Source: Myxococcota bacterium
Lineage (GTDB): Bacteria; Myxococcota_A; UBA9160; UBA4427
Direction: 5' to 3'
Length of the DNA stretch: 64,000 nucleotides
Assembly (NCBI GenBank): GCA_965250285.1
Contig: OZ252299.1
Span: forward strand, 6,080,001-6,144,000
The notes beneath the pieces are model-generated. The model made no database searches. It saw only the letters and a program-made list of their open reading frames with translations, and was not told where the DNA came from. Below are positions 29,094 through 39,213 of this stretch, in pieces (position 1 is the stretch's first letter; each line of letters begins with the position of its first letter). The position numbers were made by a program, and so were the translations under genes.

Positions 29094-30031
29094 TGCTCGA
29101 CGGCGGCGCCACAGAGCTGCGCATGACCGACGCCGAGTTCCGCATGTTCTGCGAACTGGTCAAGTCGCGTTGTGGGCTGCACTTCGACGAGGACTCGCGG
29201 TTCATCGTCGAGAAGCGCCTCGGGCGCCGCGTGCACGAGTGCGGCCTCGGTAGCTTCGCCGCGTACCATCTTCTGTTGCGCGACGCGTCCGTGGGCGACG
29301 AAGAGTTCTCGAACGTGGTCGATGCGTTGACGACCAACGAGACCTACTTCTTTCGCGAGATCGGCCAGATGCGCGCGCTCATGGACGAGATCATCCCCGA
29401 CCTGCTCGCGCGTCGTCAGGCGTCGGGTCTCGATACCCCGATCAGCATCTGGTCCGCAGGCTGCTCGAGCGGTGAAGAGCCGTACACGGTCGTGATGCTC
29501 GCGAGAGAAGCGGGCCTCGATCCCGCGAAGGACATCCGCGTCTACGCGTCGGACATCTCGAAGTCGATGCTGCACCGATCACGGCGAGGCGTGTACCGCG
29601 AGGCCTCGTTCCGTGAGACCAGCGCGCACATTCGCGACAAGTACTTCACGGCAAAAGATGGCCACAACCGCATCTCCGACGAGGTCAAGTCGCACGTCGA
29701 CTTCATCAACTTGAACCTGCTCGACCGCGACAAGATCGCGCTGCTCGGTTCGATGGACGTGATCCTCTGCCGAAACGTGATCATCTACTTCGACCTCGAG
29801 ACCAAGCAGCGAGTGATCGAGACCTTCCACGACAAGCTGAAGCCCGGCGGGTACCTGCTGCTCGGGCACAGTGAGTCTCTGATCAACGTGTCGAGCGCAT
29901 TCGAGCTGAAGCATCTGAGCCGCGATCTCGTCTACCGGCGCCCCGTGCCCGGCGAAGAGCGTGAAGACCCGTGGCACGCGATCGCGGGTGGCACCGCGGC
30001 GCACATGGCACCCGGGGAGGATCGCGAATGA
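29093..30031 (+). CDS. cheR: Chemotaxis methyltransferase CheR
   Basis: LTTNETYFFRE, IWSAGCSSGEEPY, DVILCRNVIIYF, LGHSESL. Confidence 0.96.
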   Translation: MLDGGATELRMTDAEFRMFCELVKSRCGLHFDEDSRFIVEKRLGRRVHECGLGSFAAYHLLLRDASVGDEEFSNVVDALTTNETYFFREIGQMRALMDEIIPDLLARRQASGLDTPISIWSAGCSSGEEPYTVVMLAREAGLDPAKDIRVYASDISKSMLHRSRRGVYREASFRETSAHIRDKYFTAKDGHNRISDEVKSHVDFINLNLLDRDKIALLGSMDVILCRNVIIYFDLETKQRVIETFHDKLKPGGYLLLGHSESLINVSSAFELKHLSRDLVYRRPVPGEEREDPWHAIAGGTAAHMAPGEDRE

Positions 30032-31113
30032 CGCCGCACGATCTGATCCGGGTATTGGTCATCGACGACTCGGCGTTCAGCCGGCAGACGATCACGCGGA
30101 TGCTGCGCACGTCGCCGCTCGTCGAGGTGGTCGGCGTCGCGCGCGACGGCGAGGAGGCGATCCACAAGACGCTCGAGCTCGAGCCCGATCTGATCACGCT
30201 CGATCTCGAGATGCCGCGGATGGACGGCTTCACCTTCCTGCGTCTGATCATGGCCAAGCGGCCGACACCGGTGATGGTGATCAGCGGTCGTTCGGGCGAA
30301 GACGACGTCTTCAAGGCGCTCGACCTGGGCGCCGTCGACTTCATCGCGAAGCCCACACCGCACGCGGCCCCCGAGCTGCAGTCGATCCACCAGGAGCTGA
30401 TCCGCAAGGTGCACGCGATCCGCGAGCTGCGCATCGACAAGGTGCAAGAGCGGATCAAGAAGGCGCCGCCGGTGCTCTCGCGACGTCATCGTGCGGTCGC
30501 CTCGGTGCCGCCGGTGGTCGTCGTCGGGTCGTCGACCGGTGGCCCCGCGGCCCTGATGCAGACGTTCGGTGCGTTTACCCAGGCACCGCCGTGCGCGTTC
30601 CTCGTGGCCCAGCACATGCCCGAGGGCTTCACGCGCGGTTTCGCCGAGCGACTCGATCGCCTCACGCCCTTCCACGTGAAGGAGGCGCAGGGCGGCGAGG
30701 AGCCCGAGCGCGGCACGGTGCTGATCGCGCCCGGTGGGCATCACCTCGAGCTCGACGCCGCGCGGGGCCGGATCGTGTCGCGTGTCTACGAGAGTGAGCC
30801 CGGCGACAAGTACACGCCGTCGGTCGATCGCCTCTTCGAGTCGGCCGCCAAGCACTTTGGCGGCGACCTCCTGGCGGTGGTCCTGACGGGGATGGGAGAC
30901 GACGGGCGCGCCGGCTCGCTGGCCGTGCGCGAATCCGGAGGAACGGTGATCGTAGAATCGGAAGAGACGGCCGTGATCTACGGCATGCCGCAGCAGGTCG
31001 TACGAGCGGGTGCCGCGAATCGCGTGCTGCCGCTGAACGAGATTCCGACGGCGATCCAATCGGGCGTTGCGAGAGAGTCGCAGCGCGCCGAGGTGGGGAG
31101 GGAGTCCCGATGA
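30028..31113 (+). CDS. cheB: Chemotaxis methylesterase CheB (REC + esterase)
   Basis: VIDDS, LDLEMPRMDG, GSSTGGP, QHMP, LTGMGDDG. Confidence 0.96.
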   Translation: MTPHDLIRVLVIDDSAFSRQTITRMLRTSPLVEVVGVARDGEEAIHKTLELEPDLITLDLEMPRMDGFTFLRLIMAKRPTPVMVISGRSGEDDVFKALDLGAVDFIAKPTPHAAPELQSIHQELIRKVHAIRELRIDKVQERIKKAPPVLSRRHRAVASVPPVVVVGSSTGGPAALMQTFGAFTQAPPCAFLVAQHMPEGFTRGFAERLDRLTPFHVKEAQGGEEPERGTVLIAPGGHHLELDAARGRIVSRVYESEPGDKYTPSVDRLFESAAKHFGGDLLAVVLTGMGDDGRAGSLAVRESGGTVIVESEETAVIYGMPQQVVRAGAANRVLPLNEIPTAIQSGVARESQRAEVGRESR

Positions 31114-31943
31114 GCAACGGGGGACGGAGCCCGAATGATCGAGGGGAGGCGGTCCTCGCGATCTTCAAGCGGGGTGCCGACTTCATGAAGCAGCTCATGG
31201 ACGAGAACGAGCAGCTGAGAAAGCAGCTCGTCGACGTGCATGGGCGGCAAGAGAGTGCGTCCCAATCGGACACCGAATGGGATGCGCTGCGCGGCGAGCT
31301 GAACGAGAAGATCGCCGACCTCGAGAGCGAGCGCGAGAACATCATGGCGCAGCTTCGCTCGGTCGAGTCGGAGAATCAGCAGTTCGCCGAGCGCTATCTC
31401 GAGATCGAAGAGGAGAACAACAACCTCGCGAACCTCTACGTCGCCAGCTACCAGCTGCACTCGACGCTCGATCCGGGCGAAGTGCTGAAGGTGATCGTCG
31501 AGATCGTGATCAACCTGATCGGAGCCGAGCTCTTCTGCGTCTACGTCTGCGAAGAAGAGGGCGGCATGCTCAAGCCGGTCGCGAGCGAGGGCTCGCCCGT
31601 CTCGGCGTTCCCGCCGCTGCCGTTGGCCTCGGGCACCGTCGGTGACGCGGTCCGCGGCGGCGAAGTGGTCACCGGTGACCCCATGGTGGAGCAGGAGGGC
31701 GGAACCGGCGGCATCGGCGAGCCGGTCGTCTGCATCCCGCTGCGGGTCGACGAGAAGCCGGTGGGCGCGATCGTGATCCACAAGCTGCTGCAGCAGAAGG
31801 ACGGGTTTTCGCCGCTCGACCACGAGCTCTTCACGCTCATGGCCGGGCACGCGGCGACGGCGATCTTCGCATCGCAGCTCTATGCACAGTCGGAGCGCAA
31901 GCTCAACACGATTCAGGGATTCATCGACCTGCTCACGAAGTAG
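31110..31943 (+). CDS. Coiled-coil + GAF domain protein
   Basis: Heptad-rich N-half; NLANLYVASYQLHSTLD..INLIGAE..VCIPLRVDEKPVGAIVI..ELFTLMAGHAATAI. Confidence 0.78.
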   Translation: MSNGGRSPNDRGEAVLAIFKRGADFMKQLMDENEQLRKQLVDVHGRQESASQSDTEWDALRGELNEKIADLESERENIMAQLRSVESENQQFAERYLEIEEENNNLANLYVASYQLHSTLDPGEVLKVIVEIVINLIGAELFCVYVCEEEGGMLKPVASEGSPVSAFPPLPLASGTVGDAVRGGEVVTGDPMVEQEGGTGGIGEPVVCIPLRVDEKPVGAIVIHKLLQQKDGFSPLDHELFTLMAGHAATAIFASQLYAQSERKLNTIQGFIDLLTK

Positions 31944-32005
31944 GTCCGAACGACTTGGCCGGGCGCGCCCAGGGCGGCCCGGATTCAGCGAGTGAGGAGT
32001 TGGCC

Positions 32006-32383
32006 ATGGCGGGACATCGCATTCTGATCGTCGAAGACAGCCCGACGATGCGACAGTTGCTGGTCTTTGCACTCAAGCGGATGAAGGACGTCGACATCGT
32101 CGAGGCCCAGGACGGCATGGACGGCCTGCGCAAGGTGACGGGCGACGAGTTCGACCTTGCCTTCGTCGACATCAACATGCCGGTGATGGACGGGCTCAAG
32201 CTGATCAGCTTGATTCGAGGCGAAGAGAACCTGGCCTCGATGCCGATCTGCGTGATCACCACCGAAGGCGCGAAGGAGGATCGAGAGCGGGCGCTCTCCC
32301 TCGGCGCCAACGAGTATCTGACCAAGCCGATCCAGGCGAACAAGGTGCTCGCGGTGGCGAAGAGTCTGCTCAAGATCGAGTAG
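32006..32383 (+). CDS. cheY: Single-domain response regulator (CheY-like, second)
   Basis: ILIVEDS, VDINMP, ITTEG, YLTKPI; ATG 32006 after GAGGAG. Confidence 0.9.
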   Translation: MAGHRILIVEDSPTMRQLLVFALKRMKDVDIVEAQDGMDGLRKVTGDEFDLAFVDINMPVMDGLKLISLIRGEENLASMPICVITTEGAKEDRERALSLGANEYLTKPIQANKVLAVAKSLLKIE

Positions 32384-32468
32384 ATCGGCCTGGGCTGGGC
32401 TAGGGTCTCGGCCGCGGGCGTCCAGGCGCCCGCGCCGCCGCGGCACCCCCCGCCTGGGAGCCCAGACT

Positions 32469-33446
32469 CTGCAGCTCGACGCACTCGCGAAGGAATTGAA
32501 GAAGGGGCAGATCCGCCCCGCCTATCTTCTCGCTGGCGAAGAGGCGCTTCACCGAGACGACGCCCTCGACGCCCTGCGCAGCGCCGTCCTCGATGGCGCG
32601 GCCGACGACTTCAACTACGACCGGCTCGATGGCAGCCGCACGACGCCACAGGCCCTGCTCGAGAGCGTCGAGCGCCTGCCTGTAATGGCGCAGCGCCGGC
32701 TCGTGCTGCTCGCTGAGCCCGAAGGTCGGCGCAGCGGTGCGAAGGCGCTCGTCGAGGCGCTGCCCGACGTCGTGAAGGGCCTCGCCGACGGCGATGGCAC
32801 GGTGCTGATCGTGACCTCACCGAAGGTCGACAAGCGCTCACGCTTCTACAAGGCGTTCACCGACCCTGCGGCCGTCGTCGAATGTGAGGCGCCGAAGAAC
32901 GCCAAGTCACTGCATGCGTTCATCACGAGCGAAGCGAAGCGCCAGGGCATCGAGATCGCGGCGGGCGTACCCGAGCTGCTCTCGGAGCGCATCGGTCCCC
33001 AGCTCCTGCTGCTGCGGCACGAGATCGCCAAGGCGAGCCTGCTCGCCGGGCCGGGCGAGGTGGTCACGCGCGCCCACGTCGACGCTTCGGTCGCGCAGGT
33101 GGCCGAGGAGCCGATCTGGGATCTCACGGACGCGATCGGCGAGGGGCGCGGGGGCGAGGCCATCGCGCTGCTGGCCCGCCTGCTCGACGGCGGCAGCCCC
33201 GGGCAGCCGCTGCTCGGCGCCCTGGCCAGTCACTTTCGCAAGCTCGCGACCGTGCGCGGCGGCGGCAGCGTGCCCGGGCCGCCCTTCATCAAGCAGAAGC
33301 TCGAGCAGCAGGCCCGCCGCTACACCTCGGCGCAGCTGCTGCGCTGCCTGCGCGAGATCCACCATGCCGATCTCGCCTTGAAGGGCGTCGGCGAACTGCC
33401 CGAAGAGATCGCCCTCGAACGCCTCGTCATGGGGCTCTCCGGCTAG
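32469..33446 (+). CDS. holA: DNA polymerase III subunit delta
   Basis: PAYLLAGEE, FNYDRLDG, LPVMAQRRLV, EIAK, IWDLTDAIG, DLALKG; start either CTG 32469 (after GGGAG) or TTG 32496. Confidence 0.88.
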   Translation: MQLDALAKELKKGQIRPAYLLAGEEALHRDDALDALRSAVLDGAADDFNYDRLDGSRTTPQALLESVERLPVMAQRRLVLLAEPEGRRSGAKALVEALPDVVKGLADGDGTVLIVTSPKVDKRSRFYKAFTDPAAVVECEAPKNAKSLHAFITSEAKRQGIEIAAGVPELLSERIGPQLLLLRHEIAKASLLAGPGEVVTRAHVDASVAQVAEEPIWDLTDAIGEGRGGEAIALLARLLDGGSPGQPLLGALASHFRKLATVRGGGSVPGPPFIKQKLEQQARRYTSAQLLRCLREIHHADLALKGVGELPEEIALERLVMGLSG

Positions 33447-33640
33447 CGCGGCCTCGCCGAGCGTCGGGGTGTCTCCGCAGGCGAACGGCGCGCCGTGCGC
33501 GCACCGATCCCTGTCCCCGGGTTTCGGGGTCGGGATCGATTCGTCGCGTTCGAGAAGCTCTGAGGCGCGGCGGGTGCGAGGCGGCTCGGCACGCAGCGCC
33601 GCGCGCGATCGGCGCGCCGGGGGCGCCGACCGGTTCGCGA

Positions 33641-33910
33641 TCAGCCCTGCGAGAGCGCCTGCACGCTGCGCGCGAGGCGCGACACCGCGCGGTCGGCGCG
33701 GCGCTTCGGGATCACACCCTTCGTGGCCGCCTTGCGGATCGCGCGCTCGGTCAGCTTCAGCTGATCCGAGGCCGAAGCGGCATCGCCGCTCTCGATCGCC
33801 TGGCGCAGGGCCTTGACCTGGGTGCGCATGCCGCTGCGGACATGCTGGTTTCGCTTGCGGCGCCGCTCGGACTGGCGGATGCGCTTCTGTGCGGACTTGT
33901 GATGGGCCAA
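33641..33910 (-). CDS. rpsT: 30S ribosomal protein S20
   Basis: (M)AHHKSAQKRIRQSERRRKRNQHVRSGMRTQVK..KAATKGVIPKRRADRAVSRL; TTG start. Confidence 0.95.
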   Translation of the reverse strand: MAHHKSAQKRIRQSERRRKRNQHVRSGMRTQVKALRQAIESGDAASASDQLKLTERAIRKAATKGVIPKRRADRAVSRLARSVQALSQG

Positions 33911-34147
33911 CGGCCGTTTCTCCGTGGGTGGGGTCGAGTGGGCGGCGCATGTTAGGGCGCACGCTCCGAGGTGTCCAATCGCGCTCGACGTCGCGCACCG
34001 GCCCGAGCGGTGCCTGGCCGGGTGGCGGCGCAAGGGAGGGGCGCTCTTGCTGTGCCCCGGAGGGAAAGCGCCCCGGCGCACTCCAGCGCTGCCTCCGGTT
34101 CGCCGATACGCCCTTCGAACGCGTTCGCCTCGGAGGGATCGTTCGTC

Positions 34148-36028
34148 TTGCGACGGATTCGACGTCCGGCGGGAGCCCTGCGGCTCACCGCCACCGTACT
34201 CATCTGGATTGGTCTCGGCCTCGCTCCGGCGTTCGCCGCGTCGCCGCCCGTGTCGGCCGGCGCCGCCGCGTCCGAGTCGATGCCCGCCGCGAGCGACGCC
34301 GAGGCGGCGATCCCGGCCGAGTCGTTGCTCGAGCAGAGTTGGTTCGACTCGGGGCCCGGGTTCGCCCGGCGCGGCGCGCGCACCCGCGACACGGCGCTCG
34401 CGCTCGGCGTCGAGAACTTCGAATCGGCCGCCCGCGCGATGCTCGCGACGGCGGGGGATGGCGGCGAGCTGAGCCACGCCATGGTTGCGGTGCGGCTCGC
34501 GCCCGATCTCCCGATGGCACACATGGCGCTGGCGCGTGCGTACTGGGCCGACGGCGACTGGGTCGCGGCGATCAATGCGGCCGCGGCCGGCCTCTGGGCG
34601 ATCCCGAAGCATCCAGAAGCGAGCGTGTGGCTGGTGGGATCGCTGCTCGTGATCTTCGCCGCCGTGCTCGTCTTCGGCGCCATCGTCTTCATCGGCGTCG
34701 TCGGCGCTTCGAAGGCCTCGGCCGCCATGCACGACATGGGCGACCTCTTCTCGAACCGCATGCCCGACTTCTCGCGGGCCGCGCTGCTCGCGTCGCTGCT
34801 GCTCGCGCCCATCGCGTTCGGCGAGGGGCTGATGGGGCTGCTGCTCGTGCTGCTTGCCATCGGTGCGGCCTACGGTAGCGAACGCCACCGCGTCGCTTTG
34901 TTGTCGGCCGCCGCGCTGCTCGTGCTCGGGCTCGAGGTGGTCTTTGGGCTTGCCGGCACCGTGCTCACCTCGTTCCGCGCCGACCCCGTCGCCGACGCGG
35001 CCCTCTCGGTGACCCGTGCCAACGAGACGCCGCTCGAGATCGAGCGGCTCGAGGCGAACTCGGACGAGCGCTTCGCGGCGCTGGCGCTGGCGTCGCGGTC
35101 GCGGCGCTTCGGCCAGACCGAGATCACGCGCGAGCGCTACGTCGAGCTGCTCGACGATGATCCTCGCGACGCCGTGCTGCTGACGAACATGGGCAACCTG
35201 CTCTACGCCGACGGCGATCACGCCGCCGCGATCGACTTCTACGAGCGCGCCAGCGCGCTGTCACCGTCGCCGACGCTCTGGTTCAACCTTTCGCAGGCCT
35301 ACGCCCGCGCGTTCCGCATGGAAGAGCTCGAGGCGGCACTGCACCGCGGGCAGGCGATCGATGCGGAGCGGGTCGAAGAGCTCTCGAGCCGCGGCGACAC
35401 CGACTTCGTCGCCGACGTGCCGGTGCCGACCCGCGATCTGCGGGAGCGCATGATCCAGAGCGCCGACGATGGCGCGCTCGCGAGCGAGATCGTGGACGTG
35501 ATCGCACCGGGTTGGCTCGGTCGCGGCTGGATGCACCTGGCGGGTGCGCTCGGCGCTGCGCTCGCGCTCGGTATGCTGCTCGGCGGTCGTTGGGAGCACT
35601 CGAGCAGCTGCAGCCGCTGCGGCACGCGCATCTGCACGCGCTGCGACGATCAGATCTGGAACGCCGACATCTGCGATGGTTGTTACCACCTCTTCCACCG
35701 GCCCCAGGGCACCGACCCGAAGATGCGAACGGCCCGGATCAACGCACTGCGCGCGCGTGAGTCGCGGCTCGAGAAGCTGTGGCTGGCGATCTCGGTGCTC
35801 GTCCCCGGTGTCGCCGGCTTGCGGGCGAAGCGCCCCGACCTCGCGTTCATCGGGATCCTGCTCTTCGGCTGGGCGGCCGCGATCTGGATCTGGCACGACG
35901 GCGTCGTCCCCGACCCGCTCGCGCTCGGGGGGATCGGCCCGATGGCCTTCCTGCTCTCCGGTCTCGTCGCCGGCTTCTCGTATCTGCTCGTGCTGCTGTC
36001 CGGGCTCATCATCCAGAGGAATCAATAG
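34148..36028 (+). CDS. Multi-TM TPR protein with a Cys-rich (putative Zn) domain
   Basis: Signal-like N-terminus (TTG 34148 after GGAGG), TM blocks, TPR (LLTNMGNLLY..AAIDFYERA), CSRCGTRICTRC..ICDGC. Confidence 0.7.
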   Translation: MRRIRRPAGALRLTATVLIWIGLGLAPAFAASPPVSAGAAASESMPAASDAEAAIPAESLLEQSWFDSGPGFARRGARTRDTALALGVENFESAARAMLATAGDGGELSHAMVAVRLAPDLPMAHMALARAYWADGDWVAAINAAAAGLWAIPKHPEASVWLVGSLLVIFAAVLVFGAIVFIGVVGASKASAAMHDMGDLFSNRMPDFSRAALLASLLLAPIAFGEGLMGLLLVLLAIGAAYGSERHRVALLSAAALLVLGLEVVFGLAGTVLTSFRADPVADAALSVTRANETPLEIERLEANSDERFAALALASRSRRFGQTEITRERYVELLDDDPRDAVLLTNMGNLLYADGDHAAAIDFYERASALSPSPTLWFNLSQAYARAFRMEELEAALHRGQAIDAERVEELSSRGDTDFVADVPVPTRDLRERMIQSADDGALASEIVDVIAPGWLGRGWMHLAGALGAALALGMLLGGRWEHSSSCSRCGTRICTRCDDQIWNADICDGCYHLFHRPQGTDPKMRTARINALRARESRLEKLWLAISVLVPGVAGLRAKRPDLAFIGILLFGWAAAIWIWHDGVVPDPLALGGIGPMAFLLSGLVAGFSYLLVLLSGLIIQRNQ

Positions 36029-36221
36029 TGCCCCGTCCCGCGAATCCGGCTGCATTCGACCGCGACTGCGACTCGTTCGCTGCGTTCCGCTCGATCGCCG
36101 TGGGATCGACCACGCCTCACTCGCGCGCCTTGCGCTCGAGCCGCAGTCGCGCTCTCGGCGCACGCGAAGCTGAATCGACCCATGTGCGGCGACGACGCCG
36201 GACTCACGGGAAGGGGCACTA

Positions 36222-37343
36222 GTGGGCGCTGCACTCCACGGCAATCTCAAGGACTTCGGTATTGCCGAGGTCTTCCAGCTGATCGGGCAGCAGCGCAAGA
36301 CGGGCGTGCTCGAGATCGCCGCGCCCGACAAGCGGGTGCAGCTCGCGTTCGACGAGGGCGCCGTGGTCTGGGCCTCGCCGGTCGCTGATGGCGAGTTCGC
36401 GGTGCTGGGCGATCGCCTGGTGCGCTGCGGTCTCGTGACGCGCCCACGCCTGCAGGAGCTGATGCGCGAGAGCAATGCTTCAGCGCGGGCGCTGCCGACC
36501 TTGCTGGTCTCGAGTGGCGCGGTGGCCCAGGCCGACCTCGACGAGATCAACGAGTTGCTCAGCCGAGAGACGATCTTCGACGTCATGCGCTGGACCGGAG
36601 GTTCGTTTCACTTCACCGCCCAGCCGGTGCATCACGAAGTCCCACCCGAGAAGCTGCTGGCCGCCGAGCAGATCCTGATGGACGGTCTGCGCATGCTCGA
36701 CGAGTGGCAGACGTTTCACACACTCGTTCCCGATGAAGAGATGATCTTCGAGCCGGTCGGACAGCTCGAGACCTATCGGCAGCAGGTGAGCGGCGATGCC
36801 CGCGGCCGGTCCGACGGCGCCGAGCGCATCTTTCAGCTGGTCGACGGGCGTCTGACCGCGCGGCGCATCATCGACCTCTCACGCCTCGGCACGTTCGAGG
36901 CGACGCGCATCCTCGCCGATCTGCACTCGGCGAACATGATCACACCCGTGATCGGCAAGCCGGCGCGCAAGGCGGCGATGCCCGAGATCGAGCGCACGCC
37001 GATCCTCGAGCGGCTGCATGTCGCGGCCGCCACGATCGTGCCCGTGGCCCTGCTCGCGGGACTGGTCTGGATGAGCTTCGTCGGGCGGGGCGCGCCCACG
37101 CAGCTGACCGGACATGCCGTGCCCTCGAGTCCGCTGGCCGACGTTCGGCAGGACTTCGAGCTCCGCCGGCTGCGGCACGCGATCGAGACGCGTCGGATGA
37201 TCACCGGGGAATGGCCCGCGGGTCTCGACGAGCGCGGAGAACCGAGCGCGAGCGGGGCGTTCGCGTTGACGGACTCGGAGACGTCCCCCTACTATTACCG
37301 GCATCGGGACGGCGGCATCCTACTGCTGGCGCCGACTCGGTAG
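36222..37343 (+). CDS. DUF4388 domain protein with C-terminal TM and small extracytoplasmic tail
   Basis: ALHGNLKDFGIAEVFQLIGQQRKTGVL..RWTGGSFHF..LMDGLRMLDEW; winged-helix-like VDGRLTARRIIDLSRLGTFE. Confidence 0.75.
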   Translation: MGAALHGNLKDFGIAEVFQLIGQQRKTGVLEIAAPDKRVQLAFDEGAVVWASPVADGEFAVLGDRLVRCGLVTRPRLQELMRESNASARALPTLLVSSGAVAQADLDEINELLSRETIFDVMRWTGGSFHFTAQPVHHEVPPEKLLAAEQILMDGLRMLDEWQTFHTLVPDEEMIFEPVGQLETYRQQVSGDARGRSDGAERIFQLVDGRLTARRIIDLSRLGTFEATRILADLHSANMITPVIGKPARKAAMPEIERTPILERLHVAAATIVPVALLAGLVWMSFVGRGAPTQLTGHAVPSSPLADVRQDFELRRLRHAIETRRMITGEWPAGLDERGEPSASGAFALTDSETSPYYYRHRDGGILLLAPTR

Positions 37344-37443
37344 GTCGCGGGACCACACCGACCCGGGGGCGGAGACACGCGGAGACGCGCGCACAAGACG
37401 CGGTCGAACCGACGCAGGATCCGGATCTCCCGCCGCGGCGGCT

Positions 37444-38538
<1,095 letters not shown>

Positions 38539-38548
38539 GGCTCTGCGC

Positions 38549-39007
38549 TTGCCCGTTCATCTCGTCGGTCCGCCCGAAGGCAAGCGCGGCAGCCGCGCTG
38601 ACGGTCGACTCCTCGCTCGGCGGGCCCGTGTGGCGATGGGCGCGATCGGTCAACGGCGATCCGAGCTGTCGATCGCGCTGGTCGACGATGGCGAGATCGC
38701 CGCGTTGAACGGCGCCTACCGCAGCAAGCGGGGCCCGACCGACGTGCTGTCTTTCTCCCTGCTCGAAGGCGACGACAGCGAGCATCGCGGCGCACTGCTC
38801 GGCGACATCGTGATCAGCGTGGAGACCGCCGCGCGGCAGGCCGCCGAGCGCCGGCGCGGGCTCGACGACGAACTCACCCGATTGATGGTCCACGGGCTCT
38901 GTCACCTGGTCGGCCACGATCACGAGCTCGACGACGAGGCCCGGGTGATGGCGGCCGAAGAGCGGCGCCTGCGGCGAGCGATCCGGGAGAGCGAAGCCGG
39001 CGCGTGA
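38549..39007 (+). CDS. ybeY: rRNA maturation endoribonuclease YbeY
   Basis: TDVLSF, LGDIVIS, HGLCHLVGHDH. Confidence 0.93.
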   Translation: MPVHLVGPPEGKRGSRADGRLLARRARVAMGAIGQRRSELSIALVDDGEIAALNGAYRSKRGPTDVLSFSLLEGDDSEHRGALLGDIVISVETAARQAAERRRGLDDELTRLMVHGLCHLVGHDHELDDEARVMAAEERRLRRAIRESEAGA

Positions 39008-39213
39008 GGGCCGGGCGGGGAACCCGAACACCCGGGTGGACACTCAATGAGGTGTGATCTGCTATTCAATGGCCCGATCGCGGGTCGCGGCGTCGCCGGC
39101 GGGCATGGCCAGCCGACGCTTCGCGCCGATGATCGATCCCCCCGCACAGCCCTCGACACACCCGCGGCCGCGCGATGCGGGGCGCGGCCGAGCACGCGAA
39201 CGAGGAAGCACCG

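Noticed and set aside
33911..35221. 526-aa minus ORF as an extended S20
   Set aside because: Only the last 89 codons match S20; the rest is antisense to the TPR membrane gene.
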